Part shown: positions 25,888 through 38,474 of the stretch, piece after piece | How the letters are laid out: each line of letters opens with the position of its first letter | How positions within the stretch are numbered: position 1 is the first letter of the stretch | Origin: Gracilinanus agilis | Lineage: Eukaryota | Assembly: GCF_016433145.1 (NCBI RefSeq) | Contig: NC_058134.1 | Location: forward strand, 258,878,887 to 258,942,886 | Reading direction: 5' to 3' | DNA length: 64,000 nucleotides | The notes under the pieces: generated by a model | Database searches by the model: none | Told to the model about the DNA's origin: nothing | The model's input: the letters and a program-made list of their open reading frames with translations, nothing else | Translations under genes and position numbers: made by a program

Positions 25888-25975
25888 TACCCGGCCATGG
25901 GATCCTCTGAATGATCTGATACAGTTTGAAAAGGATGGTGTCATCCAAACGAAAGTCAGACATCGGACACCAATG
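25888..25975 (+). CDS. OSBPL8: OSBPL8 exon: TRPWDPLNDLIQFEKDGVIQTKVRHRTPM
   Basis: Acceptor tctatag|; donor ATG|gtatgc. Confidence 0.95.
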
Positions 25976-27297
25976 GTATGCCATCAAAATGTAATTAAAC
26001 AGCTCTTCATTCCTACGAATACTTTCAGGATATTTGTATGGCAGTATGAAAAATTAAAAAATAATTCTGTAGACATCATAAACTTAAAATTACCATTTGT
26101 TTTTAAAGAGGTGGCTCATGGTGTAGTGGAGAGAGAGCGCTAGCTTTAAGATCAGGAGACACGGATTCAGATCCTGCTTCTGAAATATATTGTGTTGTGT
26201 GGCTCTGGGAAATCCATTTACCTTGGTGGTGCTCTGAGCACCTCATGTACAGTTTTAAGTTACAGAGATGAGATAGTTGGACTTGCATTGGTAGAAGGAT
26301 TTGCTACTCAGAGGCATTCTCTATACCAGTGAAATCATATGTCTACTATCTCTTCCCAATCTTGTTTTGAAAAGTTCATTTTAATTTTAACCAAAAAAAA
26401 AAAAATAAATAACAAAGTCCTGTTTGCTTCCATGTCCTTTTCTAAAATCTCTTCAGTAGTTTTACCAAAATTTTTTGTGGTAATCATTTTTACACAGTAA
26501 GAATTATTGTCTATATTATTTTGATTCTACTTTCTTCAAAGCTTCAGACAAGACAAGATTTTGAGGGGCTTTTTTTCCATTAAAAAAATATTTTATATCA
26601 CCATATGTTCAGCCATTTTCCAGTTGTACATTTGGGTTGTTTCTAGGTTTTTGCTATTACAAATAAAACTGTTATAAATATTTTATATAGAAAGGGTCTT
26701 TCTTTTTTAAATTTTAAATAAAATAGGATCTTACATTTATAGCTGAAAGGGAACTTATAGATTATCAAATTTAACTACTTCTTTTTTACAATGAGGAAAC
26801 TGAGATTCAGAGAGATTAATTACTCAGGGTCACATAGCAAGGGAACATAGAGGTCATCTGATCCAATCCATACCAAAACATGAATTCATTGAGCAACACA
26901 TCTGAGGGATGGACATCTCATCTTTCTAGATCTCTAGTTAGGAAGGAATCTACTACTTCTTATGGCAGCTTATTCTGCTTTTAGAGAGCTCAAACTGTTG
27001 GGAATCCCAATTTTCCTTCTACTGAACCTAAAATTGCCTCTGATTGTGCCTTAGGACTTCTCTGTTGACTCTAGGATAAATTATAAATTGAGCCTGGTGT
27101 TTAAAGCCTGGCATGCATTTATCTTTCCAGTTTTATTTCACTTTTACAGATTTTATTTGGCCGAGAAACCAGTTAGCTTTTTACTCAAAGACTATATAAT
27201 ATTTCCTACTCCCATACACTTTTTTGCATAAGCTATCCACTGTGCCTAGAACCATTGTTCTCCAGCCAATTGACTTTCATAAATATATGAATTTCAG

Positions 27298-27403
27298 GTT
27301 AGTGTTCCAAAAATGAAGCATAAGCCAAGCAGGCAGCCGAAGAAAGCTGGAAAAGGTTATTCTTCTCCAGAACTTGACATCCAAGACTCTTCTGGAAGTG
27401 AAG
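27298..27403 (+). CDS. OSBPL8: OSBPL8 exon: VSVPKMKHKPSRQPKKAGKGYSSPELDIQDSSGSE(A)
   Basis: Acceptor atttcag|; donor G|gtgaga; matches the ORP8 linker. Confidence 0.93.
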
Positions 27404-28379
27404 GTGAGACTGCTGATTGTAGTGTGTTCATCATAAATGGCATAAACTAAGAAAAAGTAGATTCCAAAAGCTAAGAAAAAGATTTACCAAAATGTAGTAA
27501 GAGTTTTGAGGAGAAATACTGCTTGAGATGGCCCATATGCTTTGAAACTAGAGAGTGGGAAATGTGAGGAGTTGCTATACAAATCAAGAAAGACATTTTA
27601 CTAACTTTGGCTTTTTGACTTCTGAGAAATTGCCAGAAATGACAAAATGTTCATTTCAACAAGCATTTGTTGAGCTTTCCATCACTACCATTCAAAAAAG
27701 TAAGCATAGTACTTCACCATGGGAAGATCCCAATCTTTAGAGTTAAATATAATTATATAACCCTTTGTATATAAGTTAGTAAAAATCAGAAATGATGACA
27801 ACAAAAATAATATTTATACATATATATATAAATTTAAAGATTAACTATTGACTAAATTAAATAATTTTTCCATCCTTACTACATGAGACCAGCATTTGTG
27901 AATCTACTTTTAATCCAGTAGTCATAATCTGCCCACAAATATTTGGAGGAACAGTGTTCTTCCTTCAAGAAGCTTATAGTCTAGTTGGGAAGATAAACCA
28001 TTAATAATGAAAAGTTAACTAAAGATGAAAAGACTAAATGAATAGTATAAATAATAAGTGCTTAGGAGTTGAGAGGAGGAAGAAACCACTTTGGGATAAA
28101 GTTAACTAAAAACAAATTAGTAAAAGGTGTGAAATAAGCTAGGCCTAGATGGATGGGTAGAATTTGGAAAGGTGAAGAAGAAAGGAAAGAGCATTTCATG
28201 TGGATTTGTGGCGAGAGGGAAAAGACAAATAGAATGGAAGGAGGCATGAAAGTATAATGTGTGATCTAGAGAGTAACTGTAGCTTAAAATAGAGGGTCAT
28301 TGGAAGGGATAACATACAGAGTCAGGATCCTAAATTTATCTGATTAATTCATCAGTGAGCCAGAAGTTATAATAAAGAA

Positions 28380-28990
28380 AAATGTCAAAACCTAGTTCTT
28401 GGGTTTAAAATATTAACTGCACAAGTTGTATGGTAGGGGTAGCATAGTTGGGTAATTCTTTAAACAGCAGGTCTTGGGAGCTCAGTGTGTCTCAAAAATA
28501 TTGATGAGACAATTTAAAAGAGCTAATTCAAAACAGTCCTACGCTGTATTAAAAGAGGCATCATGTCCAGAAAGAGAGCTCTGTTCAGGTCACAGGTGCA
28601 GGATTGTGTATATTCTGGGCTGTGCCATCTTTTATGGAGAATATGGATAAGCTGGCAGGAGAGGACTGAATCCTGTGCCCCAGGAGAACAGTAACATGAG
28701 CTGGGAAGAAGAAAAGCCTTGCTGAAAATAGCTGTTATGTGGAAAGTGATATGACTTGTTTTGCTTGGCTCTAGAAGGAAGACCTAGAAATAGTGGGTAG
28801 AAATTGGAGAGGGTAGATTTAGGCTCAACTCAATAAAAACCTTCCTGATGATTAGAGCTAGCCCAAAATGAAATGGCCTATCTTAAAAAGTAATAGGTTT
28901 CCTCCCCTTCCGTGTAGATGACCTGGATTTTGTAGAACAAATTCTGGTTGAGGATATAAGGGTTGAATTCTGGCGATCCTTTCGGAGGCT
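28380..28990 (+). mobile_element. CR1/L3 3' end
   Basis: gctgtattaaaagaggcatcatgtccaga..gggtagatttaggctc..aaaaaccttcct..attagagct. Confidence 0.75.
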
Positions 28991-30053
28991 TTCCTACTCA
29001 TATTCTGTGAGAAGAATTGTGGGAGATAAGGCTAAAAAGGTTTGGTCAAATCAGATTAGAGAAGATACAAGGCTAAGCCAGCATTTTTTAATTTAATTTT
29101 GTATATACTGTAGAACCATTGAAGGTCTCTGGCCAGGGATATGTCAGGAAAGAGATATTTATGTAAAGAAGAATCAGGCAGCAACTGCAAGACTGATTTA
29201 ATAGGGGAGAGACTGGAAACGGACCAGGCTAGAATCATGGAGTAAGGAGAGGACTAAAACAGGAGCATAGCCATGGGGTGAAAAGAGCAGAGGTGAGAGA
29301 AGGGAAAGAATCAGTAAGGCCTGGTGACTTATGGGATATTCAGTCCAAGAGAGATGGAGAAATCAAAACTGTTTCCAAGATTTTCAATGTGTGTGAGTGA
29401 AAGAGGTGGTACCAGTAACAGAAATAATGATAGCTGTAAAGAAGGCTGGTTCTTGGGGGCAGTGTGGTACAATGGAAAGAGGTTTAGATGCAGAGCCGGT
29501 GGTCTGGGTTTAAATCCTGGCACTATCCTTGATTTCCTCAGTGACCTTGATGAAAAGTTACTTAACCTCTAGATCTGTTTCCCCTTCCTCCAATTGAAGA
29601 GGTTGGTTCCAAATAACATTTTTCTTTTCAACTCTAAATCTAGGATTGTATGATCTATTCAATGATAATAGGGGTTGGGGGAAAGTCATAATAGTCTTTC
29701 TGCTTTCTTCCTCCCTCACTTTTCCCCTCTCCTCCCCTTATCCATTGCATCTAGAAGTCATTATTCAGTACTTTATAAAGATCATTTTTTAAATACTCCA
29801 TACTTGGCATTATAACTTAGAAAAAAATAAATCCAATAGCTAACATTGTCTAATTCAGTTCTTATTTTAAATATATTTGTCATGCAGTATTTAAAATTAT
29901 TTGGTTGCAAAGATTTAGTGTCTATAGATTTCATAAAATTAAAGTCAAGCCCAGAAATTTTTTCGTATAATTGAACCCCTTAGTGGAAACATACACTTCA
30001 TTTTAGAATAGAATTTCATTTTTTCATCAATTCCATCCTAAATATCTTTTTAG

Positions 30054-30156
30054 CTCAAGTACTAAAACCAAGTTCAAGAAGAAAGAAGACAGTAGATCTT
30101 GGAGACCTACAGTGTTCCATTGACTGTATAAAACAAACACAGGAAGAAATTAAAAG
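30054..30156 (+). CDS. OSBPL8: OSBPL8 penultimate coding exon: QVLKPSSRRKKTVDLGDLQCSIDCIKQTQEEIK(R), coiled-coil
   Basis: Acceptor ctttttag|; donor AG|gtaatg (phase 2). Confidence 0.93.
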
Positions 30157-30615
30157 GTAATGAATAATGATAATAGTCGTATTTAATTCATAAATCCTTT
30201 GCCTTATAGAGTCCCTCTTTTCCTTTAAGTTACATCTCAGACACCATCTTTTGTGTGAATCCTTCTCAATCCCTTCAATTGCTAGTGTCTTCCTCCGAAA
30301 CAACCTTGTATGTATTTAACTATTTTGTGTGGGTATATATGTGTATATCTACATAAGTAGATAAAATTGAGTTAGTCTTTGATTCATGAAAAGGGAGAGA
30401 GAGACCAACAGAAAAAGTTATATTCCTTGTTGCTTCTGGACTGAACTGTTCAATGATAGATATCGAAATTGATTATTGCTGCCATGGCTTTAATATGACA
30501 ATGTAGCCAGAGGGCCAGATATCTTTCATGTTCTCCATTATCATCATCCTTTCTATCTTGAAAGTTGTAGTGGCCCATCTCATCCTCATGCTCAAGCTCA
30601 AGCTTCTCATTTCCC

Positions 30616-30747
30616 NNNNNNNNNNNNNNNNNNNNNNNNNNNNNNNNNNNNNNNNNNNNNNNNNNNNNNNNNNNNNNNNNNNNNNNNNNNNNNNNNNNNN
30701 NNNNNNNNNNNNNNNNNNNNNNNNNNNNNNNNNNNNNNNNNNNNNNN
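30616..30747. other. Assembly gap (132 N)
   Basis: Run of N. Confidence 1.
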
Positions 30748-31289
30748 TATAATTCCTTATTTCCCTCAAAACTCAGCTCAGGTACTATCTTTTATATAGA
30801 ACCTTTCTTGATCCTCCAGCTTACTAATGCCACCCCCACCCCCAAAAAAAGTTCCATGTATTGTTTTGTATAGATTTGTATTATTTCCCCAAATAGAGAG
30901 TCAGCTTCTTGAGGGCAGAGATTGTCTCACTTTTGCATTAAAATTCCTAGAGTCTGACACATAGTCAGTGCCAGGTACATTATAGATGTTTAATAAATGC
31001 TTGGTAATTTCTGAACTTTAGTACACCTGACAATCTTCTTATCAGACCATTCTGTGCTCTTACAGTCATCCTCCTTTACCTGCCCTTGCTTTAATCATAG
31101 CTTTTAAAAATTTCAAGTTGGTCAGTGAAAGTTCATCTGCATCTTTGTGAGTCTTTTAGATGATGCTTCTTTTCCTTGTCATTGCAGTTTGTCTTCAGAA
31201 TTTCAACCTTTATCTTTTCATACCAGATCTTAAGTTGTAATATGAAGGCAATAATCATTAAGATGTTTTAGTAGTGGCTTAAAAAAAAG

Positions 31290-32500
31290 AGAGAAGTCAG
31301 TCAGTGGAACAGATTAGATACAGAGAAGCAAACTCAATATTTGTTAGGAACTGTTGGTAATACTGGACAGTAATTTGGCAGGAATAGGTTTATACTAATA
31401 CATCACACCACATGCCAATATAAACTCCAAATGGATACATGATGACATATATACAAGAGTTCACATCATAAACAAATTAGAGGAGCAAAAAAAATCAGTG
31501 GACACAGGAATGGACCATGAATTGAGTCACTAGAGAGGATTATACAAAATAAAATGCACAATTTTGATTTTATGAAATAAATCTTTGAAATCTAATGTAG
31601 CTAAAATAAGAAAAGAAACAGATAACTTGTAAAGTTTCAGCAAGTTTCTCTGATAAATATCTCATATCAAGATATATAAGGAACAGAATCATAGTACAAG
31701 AACTATTCCCTAATATGATAAATGGTCAAAGTTTTCAAAGGAAGAAAGACAAACTATCAGGACATGAAAAAATGTTCTAAATCATTAATAGATAAATGCA
31801 AATTAAAGCAGTGGTTCCCAAACTTTTTTGGCCTACCTTCCCCTTTACAGAAAAAATATTACTTAGCCCCCTAGAAATTAATTTTTTTTTTAATTTTAAA
31901 AGCAATTAATAGGAAAGATAAATGCACTTGTGGCCATCAACGTCCCCCTGGATCGCTGCAGCACCCACTAGGGGGCGGAAGTGCCCATTTTGGGAATCAC
32001 TGAATTAAATAAACTTTGAAGCTCCATCTCACATCCATCAATTTGTCAAAAGACCAAAAAAAGAGGAAGATGAAAATTGGAGGAGTCTGAGGGAAAACAG
32101 ATACAATAATGTGTTCTTCATTGAACTATGAATTTGGTCTCTCCATTCTGGAAAGCATTTTGAACTATACCCTATTTTACCACAAGAAATGCTAAAATGG
32201 AAAATTATGGGTAAAGGGAAGACCTCTGTGGGTAAGGGGAAGACCTCTATAAACTAATGCACAATGAAGTGGGTAGAACTAGAACAATTTATACATTGAT
32301 AAAATTATAGAGGAAAAACAACATTGAAAGAACTTTGATCAATGCATTGAGATGCCACTAGTCCAAAAGAATAAAGAGGAAACACACCTCTCCCCACCTA
32401 TAGAAGAGGTGATGAATTTAAAATGCAATAAGAGAGATAGATGCATTTCCAACTCTGGCCAATGTGTGATTTTGTTTTATCAGACTATTCATGTACATGT
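31290..32500 (+). mobile_element. L1 ORF2 3' fragment interrupted by a hAT MITE
   Basis: cagtggaacagattag..aactccaaatggatacatga..gataaatggtcaaag..gcaaattaaa. Confidence 0.8.
31809..32002. mobile_element. hAT/Charlie-type MITE, 194 bp
   Basis: TIRs cagtggttcccaaa / tttgggaatcactg (13/14 match); 8-bp TSD aattaaag / aattaaat. Confidence 0.9.
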
Positions 32501-32508
32501 TAAGGGTA

Positions 32509-32701
32509 TTTTTTTTTTTTAATTTTAAACCCTTAACTTCTGTGTATTGACTTATAGGTGGAAGATTGGTAAGGGTAGGAAATGGGGGTCAAGTGACTTG
32601 CCCAAGGTCACACAGCTGGGAAGTGTCTAAGGCCAGATTTGAACCTAGGACCTCCTGTCTCTAGGCCTGGCTCTCAATCCACTGAGCTACCCAGCTGCCC
32701 C
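32509..32701 (-). mobile_element. Young SINE1_Mdo-like SINE
   Basis: Full head, CORE and tail with poly-T. Confidence 0.9.
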
Positions 32702-34192
32702 TAGGATATTTTTTTTTTATTTTATTCCCTTTTAGAAACTGATCAAGTGGGATGTGAAGGGGAAGGAGTCATTAAGGATAGATTAATAAAAGAAAAAAAC
32801 TAACAAAATTTCAGATTGAGAGCTCGCTGTCCATATTGCTCTGACTTTCCCTGTAGAATATTATTCTTGAAATCCTACCTATTTATCCTTTCTCTGAATC
32901 CTTTTAAATCTGCTCTCTAGAACCTGTGGTCCATGTCAGTTTTATACCTGGCTTTTTTCTCCTCTATCACAGACACTGGAATGGTCATCCATCTTTGTTA
33001 ACCTCCTATGTGCATGTATGCATGCTCGTACACACACACACATGCACACACGCGTTTTGCAGAAAGAGAAAGATCCAATTGGTGTACATATAATTCAAAT
33101 TCACCACTCCTATATATTGTACCTTCAGACTACCCTTATTATAAATTTTCCAAACTGAACTTCTTCCTTCTCAAGTGATTTGTAATATATTAGCATGACA
33201 TTTATTCTATATTTGCCTTCATTGATCTTCATTGAAATATTCCCACTTTGCACTATCACCAGCACCTAGTTCCTGTATTTCCTATGAAGTATATATTTCT
33301 AAACATGTAATGCTACTACATAATCCACCTCAAATACACCTGCATTCTTTTTGTCTATTTTACTGCTTTTTAAGAAAACTTAGTAATAGAGAGCTAGACT
33401 CAAAGCCAAGAAAATGTATCCTCAAAAGCCCATCTTGGATGCCAACTGGCTGTGTGACCCTGGTCTATTTACTTAACTCTGATACCAACTTTCTAAAACT
33501 TTTAAGTTTCAAAAGCATTAGCAAGCTGCATTGGAAGAGAGCGATTCCATATCCAGGAGTTCCCTATTCTGTTGAAATCACAGGTTCATCCTTTTTGTAA
33601 TCAGAGATACACTTCCAGAGCCCAAGTGTAGTCATCCCATTCCCTCCACTCACTGATAACTTCTTAGATCCTTCAGAAACTTTTTGATCTTATTGTGGAT
33701 TTTCAATAGAAATGTAGTGATAGAGAGCACAACCCTTCCATGCCTTCTCATTTTGTTCACCTCTTATCTGATGATTCCCTGTATCTTTGTCACTAAGAGT
33801 CCATCTGATGCGCTGCAAGCCTCCCTCTAGGTCTCCTAATGTCACATAATGCCAATCAGAAGTACACGAGTTAATCCCATCCCTTCTTCCCTTTCATGAA
33901 CATACATCTTTTTGATGATATAGTTTTATGTGTTATTCATGTGCTGTTCTTTATAGCTAATATAACTTATTTGCTACTGCCATGTGACTCTTCATTGCCC
34001 TTCACATGATCCACAATTTTAATTCTTTAGGGACTGGCATTTTGTGACTTCTTATTAAGATGGTGACATAATAGAGTTAGAAAAGAGTTGTGAAACTTTT
34101 AAGGCTACCCTGATTAAAATGTAATTGGGAAAGGTTTAACAGACTAAATAAAAATATAATACAAAATAGATAATGTTGATTTGTGGATTTCT

Positions 34193-34879
34193 TTTTTTAT
34201 TTCCATGTTATTGATTTTGGTAAGCAAATAATCTTATAAAACCAAGACCCCAAAACATATTCCCAAATAAACAAGTAATAAATCATACGTTTTCATCTCC
34301 ATTCCTACTCCTATAGTTCTTCCTCTGGAGATGGATAGCATTCATAAAGTCCTAAGAATTATCCTGTATCATTATATTGCTGTTAGTAGCAAAGTCTATT
34401 ACATTTGATCATCCCACAATGTTTTCGTTATTGTATACAACGTTCTCCTGGTTCTGCTTATTTCACTCTGCAATAGTCCACACAGGTCTTTTCAGCTGTT
34501 TCTGAAATAATCCTGTTCATCATTTCTCACAGCACAATACTATTCCATCACTATCACACACCACAATTTGTTCAGCCATTCCCCAGGTGAGGGACATCCC
34601 TTTAGTTTCCAATTCTTTGCCACCACAAAAAGAGCTATAAATAGTTTTGAATAAACAGGTCCTTTCCCATTTTTTAAAACTCTTTGGGATAAAGGCCTAG
34701 TAGTATAGTAGTATTGCTGGATCAAAGGGTGTGCATCGTTTCATAACCCTTTGGGTATAGTTCCAAATTGCCCTCCATAATGTTTGAATCACTTCACAAC
34801 TCCACCAGCAATGCATTAGTGCCCCAATTTTGCCACATCCCCTCCAACATTTATTATTTTCATTTGTTGTCATATTGTT
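34193..34879 (-). mobile_element. 5'-truncated L1 with a 14-bp TSD, inside an older hAT fossil (right TIR gagtttgacaccactg ends at 34946)
   Basis: TSD atttgtggatttct at 34179-34192 and 34880-34893. The minus-strand ORF 34540-34725 gives the L1 ORF2 C-terminus (KNWKLKGCPSPGEWLNKLW). Confidence 0.9.
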
Positions 34880-35901
34880 ATTTGTGGATTTCTACGTTCA
34901 CATGTGGCCCACAAGGATCTGTTTCTATTGGAGTTTGACACCACTGACCTAGAGGACTCCATATCTTCTACAAATACTCCAGCAAAGTTTTTAAAAAATG
35001 GAACAATGGTAAAGAAAACCAAAATAAAACAAGTATAAACTCCCTGCTAGTCCATGCCTACACAAGCTGGTTAATAGAAGCCCATAGATATTGCTAAGGA
35101 GAGACCAGAAGCACCATAGCTCCCAGGCAGTCCTCCCCAGACCCCAGCATAGACAAGGGCAGCACAGTGCCTGGGTCTTGCAAGAGGCCTACTACTGCAT
35201 ATGACATTTGCACCTGGTTGGGGGCCTATCTGGGCTATAGCAACAGTCAGGTCCTAGGTAGCAATTCTGCAAGAAAAAGGAAACAGAACAATCTGAGGCC
35301 TAAACCCAAGTGAGGGCACCAGCCCTAAGAGACTAAAGGATAGGCATAAGTGGTCTTAGCCATAGCATTCAGAGCAGCAAAGGTGGCATCATGCAGGCTA
35401 CATAGGGACTGGGTACCTCATCATGCCATAGTATCTAAAGGAGCAGTCTGAGCCAAGCATGAAATATCCCCAAATCTAAGGCACAAGTAAACAAGAAAAT
35501 ATTGAACACAACGGAAATATGCTGTGCACTGAGAGAAGTTTTAAGAGGTAAAACCAGAGATTTCCAGACCAGGTTCAGGAGATGCCTCAAAGAAATAAGA
35601 GCACAGCTCCCAGACCTCCAAAGGGACGAGAGACCATGTCTGATTCTTAGCCACCGGAATCCCTGGGAAAAGTCACCTTTTTGTAATAGGTCTGATTCCA
35701 AGATGAGCAGAGTGTTATGAAAAGCATGGATAGATTTTCTAGTGTAACCTCTGTCTGAAGCATAATGAGTCAAATAGGCCTACATATATTTTTTTACCTA
35801 CATATCCAATTAGCAGGGAGTTTTACTTAATTCTTGTCTCCAGTAAAATTATGAGCATCTCCACGTCTATGCTTTTGCCTGCATTATATCTATTCAATAG
35901 A

Positions 35902-36182
35902 CCAGGATGGTGAACCTTTTAGAGACTGCTTGCTGTGCCTCCCCCACCCCCACCCCACACCTGGGAGTGAGGAAGCACACCCATTGGCTGCTGGGCAGAG
36001 AGGCAGAAAATGTGAAAAAATGTCAGACACAATGAGGGGGGGTGGGGAACAGCTCCACCCAAGTCCCTCTGCCTTTCTAGTAATGAACTCTGAAGGGGGG
36101 CGGGGAGGAGGTTGGCTGAGTGCCCACAGACATCATTCTGTGTGCCATTTTTGGCACCCATGCCATAGGTTTGCCATCATGG
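35902..36182. mobile_element. Non-autonomous hAT MITE, OposCharlie/OC1-like
   Basis: TIRs ccaggatggtgaacct / aggtttgccatcatgg; TSD degraded. Confidence 0.7.
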
Positions 36183-36932
36183 CTAGAATGTCTTGGGTGG
36201 GTTTGACTGTGTGTGCAATTTTTTCCCCTTCCCTTTTTGAGCAAAAGTTCTTTTGATTAGATTTTTTTTAAACTATAGGAAATTACCTGTAATCTTTGTG
36301 TACATTCTATCTTTGGCCAGGAGTCAAAGAATGATTTCTTATATTTTTAGCAATGATCTAGAAATTCAGATCCTATTTTTCAGAGATCCTTTTCTTAACC
36401 AACTATTCACTTATCAGATCTTCTTTTCTGAATTCCTTGCCTTTGATCAGCAGCAGTGATAAAGACATCATACTCGAAAGTCTTTAGTTTATTGCCCATT
36501 AATTATCCCTGGCAATGTTTTCTAGAATTCTTTGGGAAATATTTGCATCTATGTAAATCACCAGAAGTGTATGTCCAAGTTTGATTAAGTCTTAGGAGAT
36601 TCTCCTAGATATATATCCTGGAAAGATCTCACAGATCTCTGTTAATGCCAAATCCCTATATAGCTGCCCTAGCACCCTATATCAGGGAGGCACCAATCAC
36701 TGTTGTTCATTTCTTCTTTCTTCAGAGTTAACTCATAATCAAGTCACGCTCAGTTCCTTGGATTAAAAGCATCTGCTTCTTCCTCAGCAGACCCAGCTCT
36801 TCATTCTGTGGAAAGAATTTCAAATCTTTTGTTATATTTTTCTACCTACTAACTTCCTGTCATAAGTCAGGATTCTTTTCTCTCTTTAGATATTTTTTTT
36901 ATATTTTCCTTGAAGCCCTTATTTAATTTTTT

Positions 36933-37109
36933 TTAAACCCTTAACTTCTGTGTATTAGTTCCTTGGTGGAAGATTGGTAAGGGTAGGCAATGGGGGTCAA
37001 GTGACTTGCCCAGGGTCACACAGCTGGGAAGTGTCTGAGGCCGGATTTGAACCCAAGACCTCCCGTCTCTAGGCCTGGCTCTCAATCCACTGAGCTACCC
37101 AGCTGCCCC
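36933..37109 (-). mobile_element. Young SINE1_Mdo-like SINE with TSD
   Basis: TSD cttatttaatttttt on both sides (36918 and 37110). Confidence 0.9.
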
Positions 37110-38474
37110 CTTATTTAATTTTTTAAAAGATCATATCATTCTACCTGATAACTTGATAAGAGGGCATTCCTCCAACCACTTTGCCTTCTTTTTCTAATAG
37201 GGAGATTGACCCAGTAGTGTGAACATACATAGCATTTATTTTCCAAAACATAGAAGCATTGCATGCTTTATCAGTCAGTTCAATCCAACAAGCATTTAAG
37301 TGCTTGTCATGTGCCAGACATACTGCTAAGTATTTGATATACAAAGACATAAACATAAAAATGCTCCTTGCCCTCAAGGAACTTATTGTCTTGGAAAATT
37401 CTACATTAACTACAAAATTCTCCTTGATATGTATACTTTATTGGAAGCTGTAGCCCCAGCTTTTCTTCCTTATGGGTCACCCTTAAGACTTCCTCTCCTG
37501 GAAGAGATAACAATCTGTTTCTGGGGGCCTTTGTCTCCTCTTTGCAACTTTCTTTCCCAACTCATTATTAACATCATGTCCTTCCTCAGTGCTAACTATT
37601 ATTCCGCCCAAGTCTTCCTCCTCTTCCATCTTGAGTCCTTGAAAATTTCTCATCAGTAAATATTTGGCTTTGAGCCTCTTTGATAACTTAGTGCTGTAAT
37701 ATTGTGATTTCATCAGTGAAGTTATTCCTTCTGGTGCTGGCACAAGCCATCCATTCCTTGTAATCAGGCCCTCTGCCCCTTCTTTTCACATGCCACAAAA
37801 TGGGGGTACTCTTTGATGTGACCACCTCTTTGGGTGAATTTTCCTATCTCTACCCAAGGTAAAATGAAACAAGGTGATGTAGGCAATCATAGACCTCTAA
37901 TGCAAATCCTAAAAGTAAACCTGCACACGTTGGCCTCATTCCTGTTTCTGTGCCTGACTTCCACCATCCAGCATTGACTTGTTGTAGCCCAGGACATTGG
38001 GGGAACAGAACTCTCCCCAACACAAGCCTCAAGTCTCTTAATTTAATAAAACAGGAATGTAGAATAGAAAAATGAAGAAGATAAGTAACCCCTTGTAAAT
38101 ACTTCATCAGATATGGACTCTTCAATATTATTTTTTTATTCTCCACAAAGTACTCTCTAATACTGGGACTACTCTGATATGCCACTAAAGAGGCTTTTAT
38201 ATTTATGATTATTTTAATAAATAGCTCAACACTTAAAAAAAGAACTTGACTTTGTTCTCCCCAAAGTCCTCAGTGCCCTTAAAATTGTGTTGTATCTAAA
38301 CATGGGCCTCATCGGGTCCTTGGGGTCTAGACCAGTCTTCCCAAATTTGTTTATTGACATGTGACTAAATGTGGATGACTTCCAGATGAAGACAAGTTTA
38401 CTATAAATCTAGGCATCTTTCCATTTCTGTCTTCCTTTCACTTTCAATCTTAAGCACCTTTGGGATGATGCAGC

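Noticed and set aside
30155-30160. Immediate stop on intron retention (AG-G TAA) as a designed TM-less isoform
   Set aside because: Any phase-2 GTAA or GTGA donor gives this, and the exons ending at 641, 19125 and 24943 do too. It is mentioned only together with the LTR poly(A) signal.
30473-30769. ORFs spanning the N run
   Set aside because: They are artefacts of X codons in the gap.
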